Below are positions 62,595 through 64,000 of a stretch of 64,000 nucleotides of DNA, in pieces (within the stretch, counting starts at the first letter, position 1; the number at the start of each line of letters is the position of its first letter). A model generated the notes under the pieces. It searched no databases. It worked only from the letters and a program-made list of their open reading frames with translations, and was not told the DNA's origin. A program made the translations under genes and the position numbers. Origin of the DNA: an uncultured delta proteobacterium (GTDB lineage: Bacteria; Myxococcota_A; Polyangia; Haliangiales; Haliangiaceae); the NCBI GenBank assembly GCA_963848295.1, contig CAWKDB010000011.1:128001-192000 (forward strand), in the 5' to 3' direction.

Positions 62595-63545
62595 CTACAG
62601 CGTCGAAACGAGCTGTTCCGCGACCGTCCAAGGGTCGGTTTTCCCGGCGACCACCCCTCTAGCAAGCTCGTCGAGGCCGCCCCGGTTGGCCATCGCGACG
62701 GCCGCGCGATCGGCGAGCTGGGCGCGAACCAGCTCGGCGATCTGAGCCGCAGCACGCACCGCGGCGCGAGCGCCGGCATCGGGCCCGGTCCAAGCACGCG
62801 CGCGGTGGGCGTCGATCGCGGCCGCGAGCTCCGCGATGCCCGAGCCAGCACCGAGCCCGAGCGTCGCCACGGTGCGGACGATGTCGACGTCCTTGCGTTC
62901 GCCCGCGCCGCGCAGGTCGAGCATGTGCATCAGATCGCGCTCGGTGCGATCGGCGCCTTCGCGATCCGCTTTGTTGATCGCGAGCACGTCCGCGATCTCG
63001 AGCAAGCCCGCCTTGATCGCTTGGATGTCGTCGCCGAGTCCGGGCACGGTGACGACGACCGTCGTGTGCGCCGCGCGCATGACCTCGACCTCGTCCTGCC
63101 CGACCCCGACCGTCTCGATCAAGATCCGCTCGTAGCCCATCGCATCGAGGACGTACGCGATATCGAACGTCGAGCGCGATAGCCCGCCGAGGTGGCCGCG
63201 CGTCGCGACGCTGCGGATGAACACGTTCGGATCGAGCGCATGACGTTGCATGCGAATGCGATCGCCGAGGATCGCGCCACCGGAGAACGGCGATGTCGGA
63301 TCGACCGCGATCACCCCGACCTTCTCGCCCGCGGCGCGGTAGTGCGAGATCAAGCCGTCGACGACCGTCGACTTGCCCGCGCCGGGATTGCCGGTGATGC
63401 CGACGACGTACGCCTTGCCCGCGTGGGGAAACAACGCCTTGAGCTGGACGAGCGCTTCGGGGCGGCGATCGTCGAGATCGCGCATCAGCCGCGCCCCCGA
63501 GCGCTGATCGCCCGCGAGGATCGCGTCCATTGCCGAGCCACTCAT
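62595..63545 (-). CDS. meaB: methylmalonyl-CoA mutase-associated GTPase
   Basis: GITGNPGAGKST, VDPTSPFSGGAILGDRIRM, ETVGVGQDE, INKAD. Confidence 0.96.
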   Translation of the reverse strand: MSGSAMDAILAGDQRSGARLMRDLDDRRPEALVQLKALFPHAGKAYVVGITGNPGAGKSTVVDGLISHYRAAGEKVGVIAVDPTSPFSGGAILGDRIRMQRHALDPNVFIRSVATRGHLGGLSRSTFDIAYVLDAMGYERILIETVGVGQDEVEVMRAAHTTVVVTVPGLGDDIQAIKAGLLEIADVLAINKADREGADRTERDLMHMLDLRGAGERKDVDIVRTVATLGLGAGSGIAELAAAIDAHRARAWTGPDAGARAAVRAAAQIAELVRAQLADRAAVAMANRGGLDELARGVVAGKTDPWTVAEQLVSTL

Positions 63546-64000
63546 TTCTTGAACCGCTGCTCCGGTCCGGCCGGCGTATAGACCTGTAGCGCCTTGAAGT
63601 CCTCGCTGACCGCGAAGGCGTGCTTCGTGTTCGGCGGAATCTGGATCACCGATGTCGGCGTGACCGCGACCGCGGTGCCGGCGACCGTGATCGTGCCGGA
63701 CCCGGCGAGCACGTAGAGCAACTCGGTCTCGGTCGCGTGCACGTGCTCGGGCACCTTCGCGCCGGTTGCCAGCCGCAGCACCGAGGCCGCGAGGGTGTGG
63801 TCGGCGTTCGCGGTCGCGGGCTCGACGAAGATGGTCACCGGGCCATAGACCTTCGCCGCGCTCGCCGGGTACACGACCGGCCTGAGCGGCGCTCTGCGCC
63901 ACGACGTCATCTCCGGCGTCGGTAGCGCGCCCGCGCGCGCCGCGCCCTCACGCCCGCCGGGCACCGCGACGATCACGGCGTGCAGCTCCGCACCGGCTGC
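63542..64000 (-). CDS. cupin-domain protein (5' truncated by window)
   Basis: VPEHVH..ETELLYVLAG..IPPNTKH..YTPAGPE. Confidence 0.85.
   Translation of the reverse strand, partial: AAGAELHAVIVAVPGGREGAARAGALPTPEMTSWRRAPLRPVVYPASAAKVYGPVTIFVEPATANADHTLAASVLRLATGAKVPEHVHATETELLYVLAGSGTITVAGTAVAVTPTSVIQIPPNTKHAFAVSEDFKALQVYTPAGPEQRFKK

Overview
Very GC-rich bacterial DNA. The gene content (Ser/Thr kinase, PrkA, Cys-rich lipoproteins, GspC-like PDZ protein, DUF6178-like ORF) suggests a myxobacterium (inference). Most of the window is housekeeping or envelope genes: folC, accD, purMN, pyrC, carA, hisS, family-4 UDG, cobB, methylmalonyl-CoA mutase and meaB. Two mobile elements have readable ends. 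One is an IS1380-family element (1032-2669) that duplicated a CTAG shared by the stop codons of two convergent genes. The other is an internally deleted group II intron (~22762-23740, minus strand) sitting exactly in the start codon of a leaderless gene. The best candidate for an undescribed system is 23.7-37.6 kb. It holds a 1311-aa protein with a translocator/pore-like hydrophobic hairpin, two divergent TPR-like proteins, an Afp15/Pvc15-type AAA+ ATPase, a small Cys-rich membrane protein, a HEAT-repeat protein, a zinc-ribbon membrane protein, and a beta-propeller fused to a catalytically dead copy of the ATPase N-terminal half. No sheath, tube or baseplate genes are present in the window. 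Also notable are pervasive leaderless gene starts (TAnnnT-N6-8-start codon), an LSm-like small protein and several degenerate enzymes. Several single-base insertions suggest sequencing or assembly indels. No rRNA, tRNA or CRISPR array was recognised. All annotations were made by eye from motifs, with no database searches.
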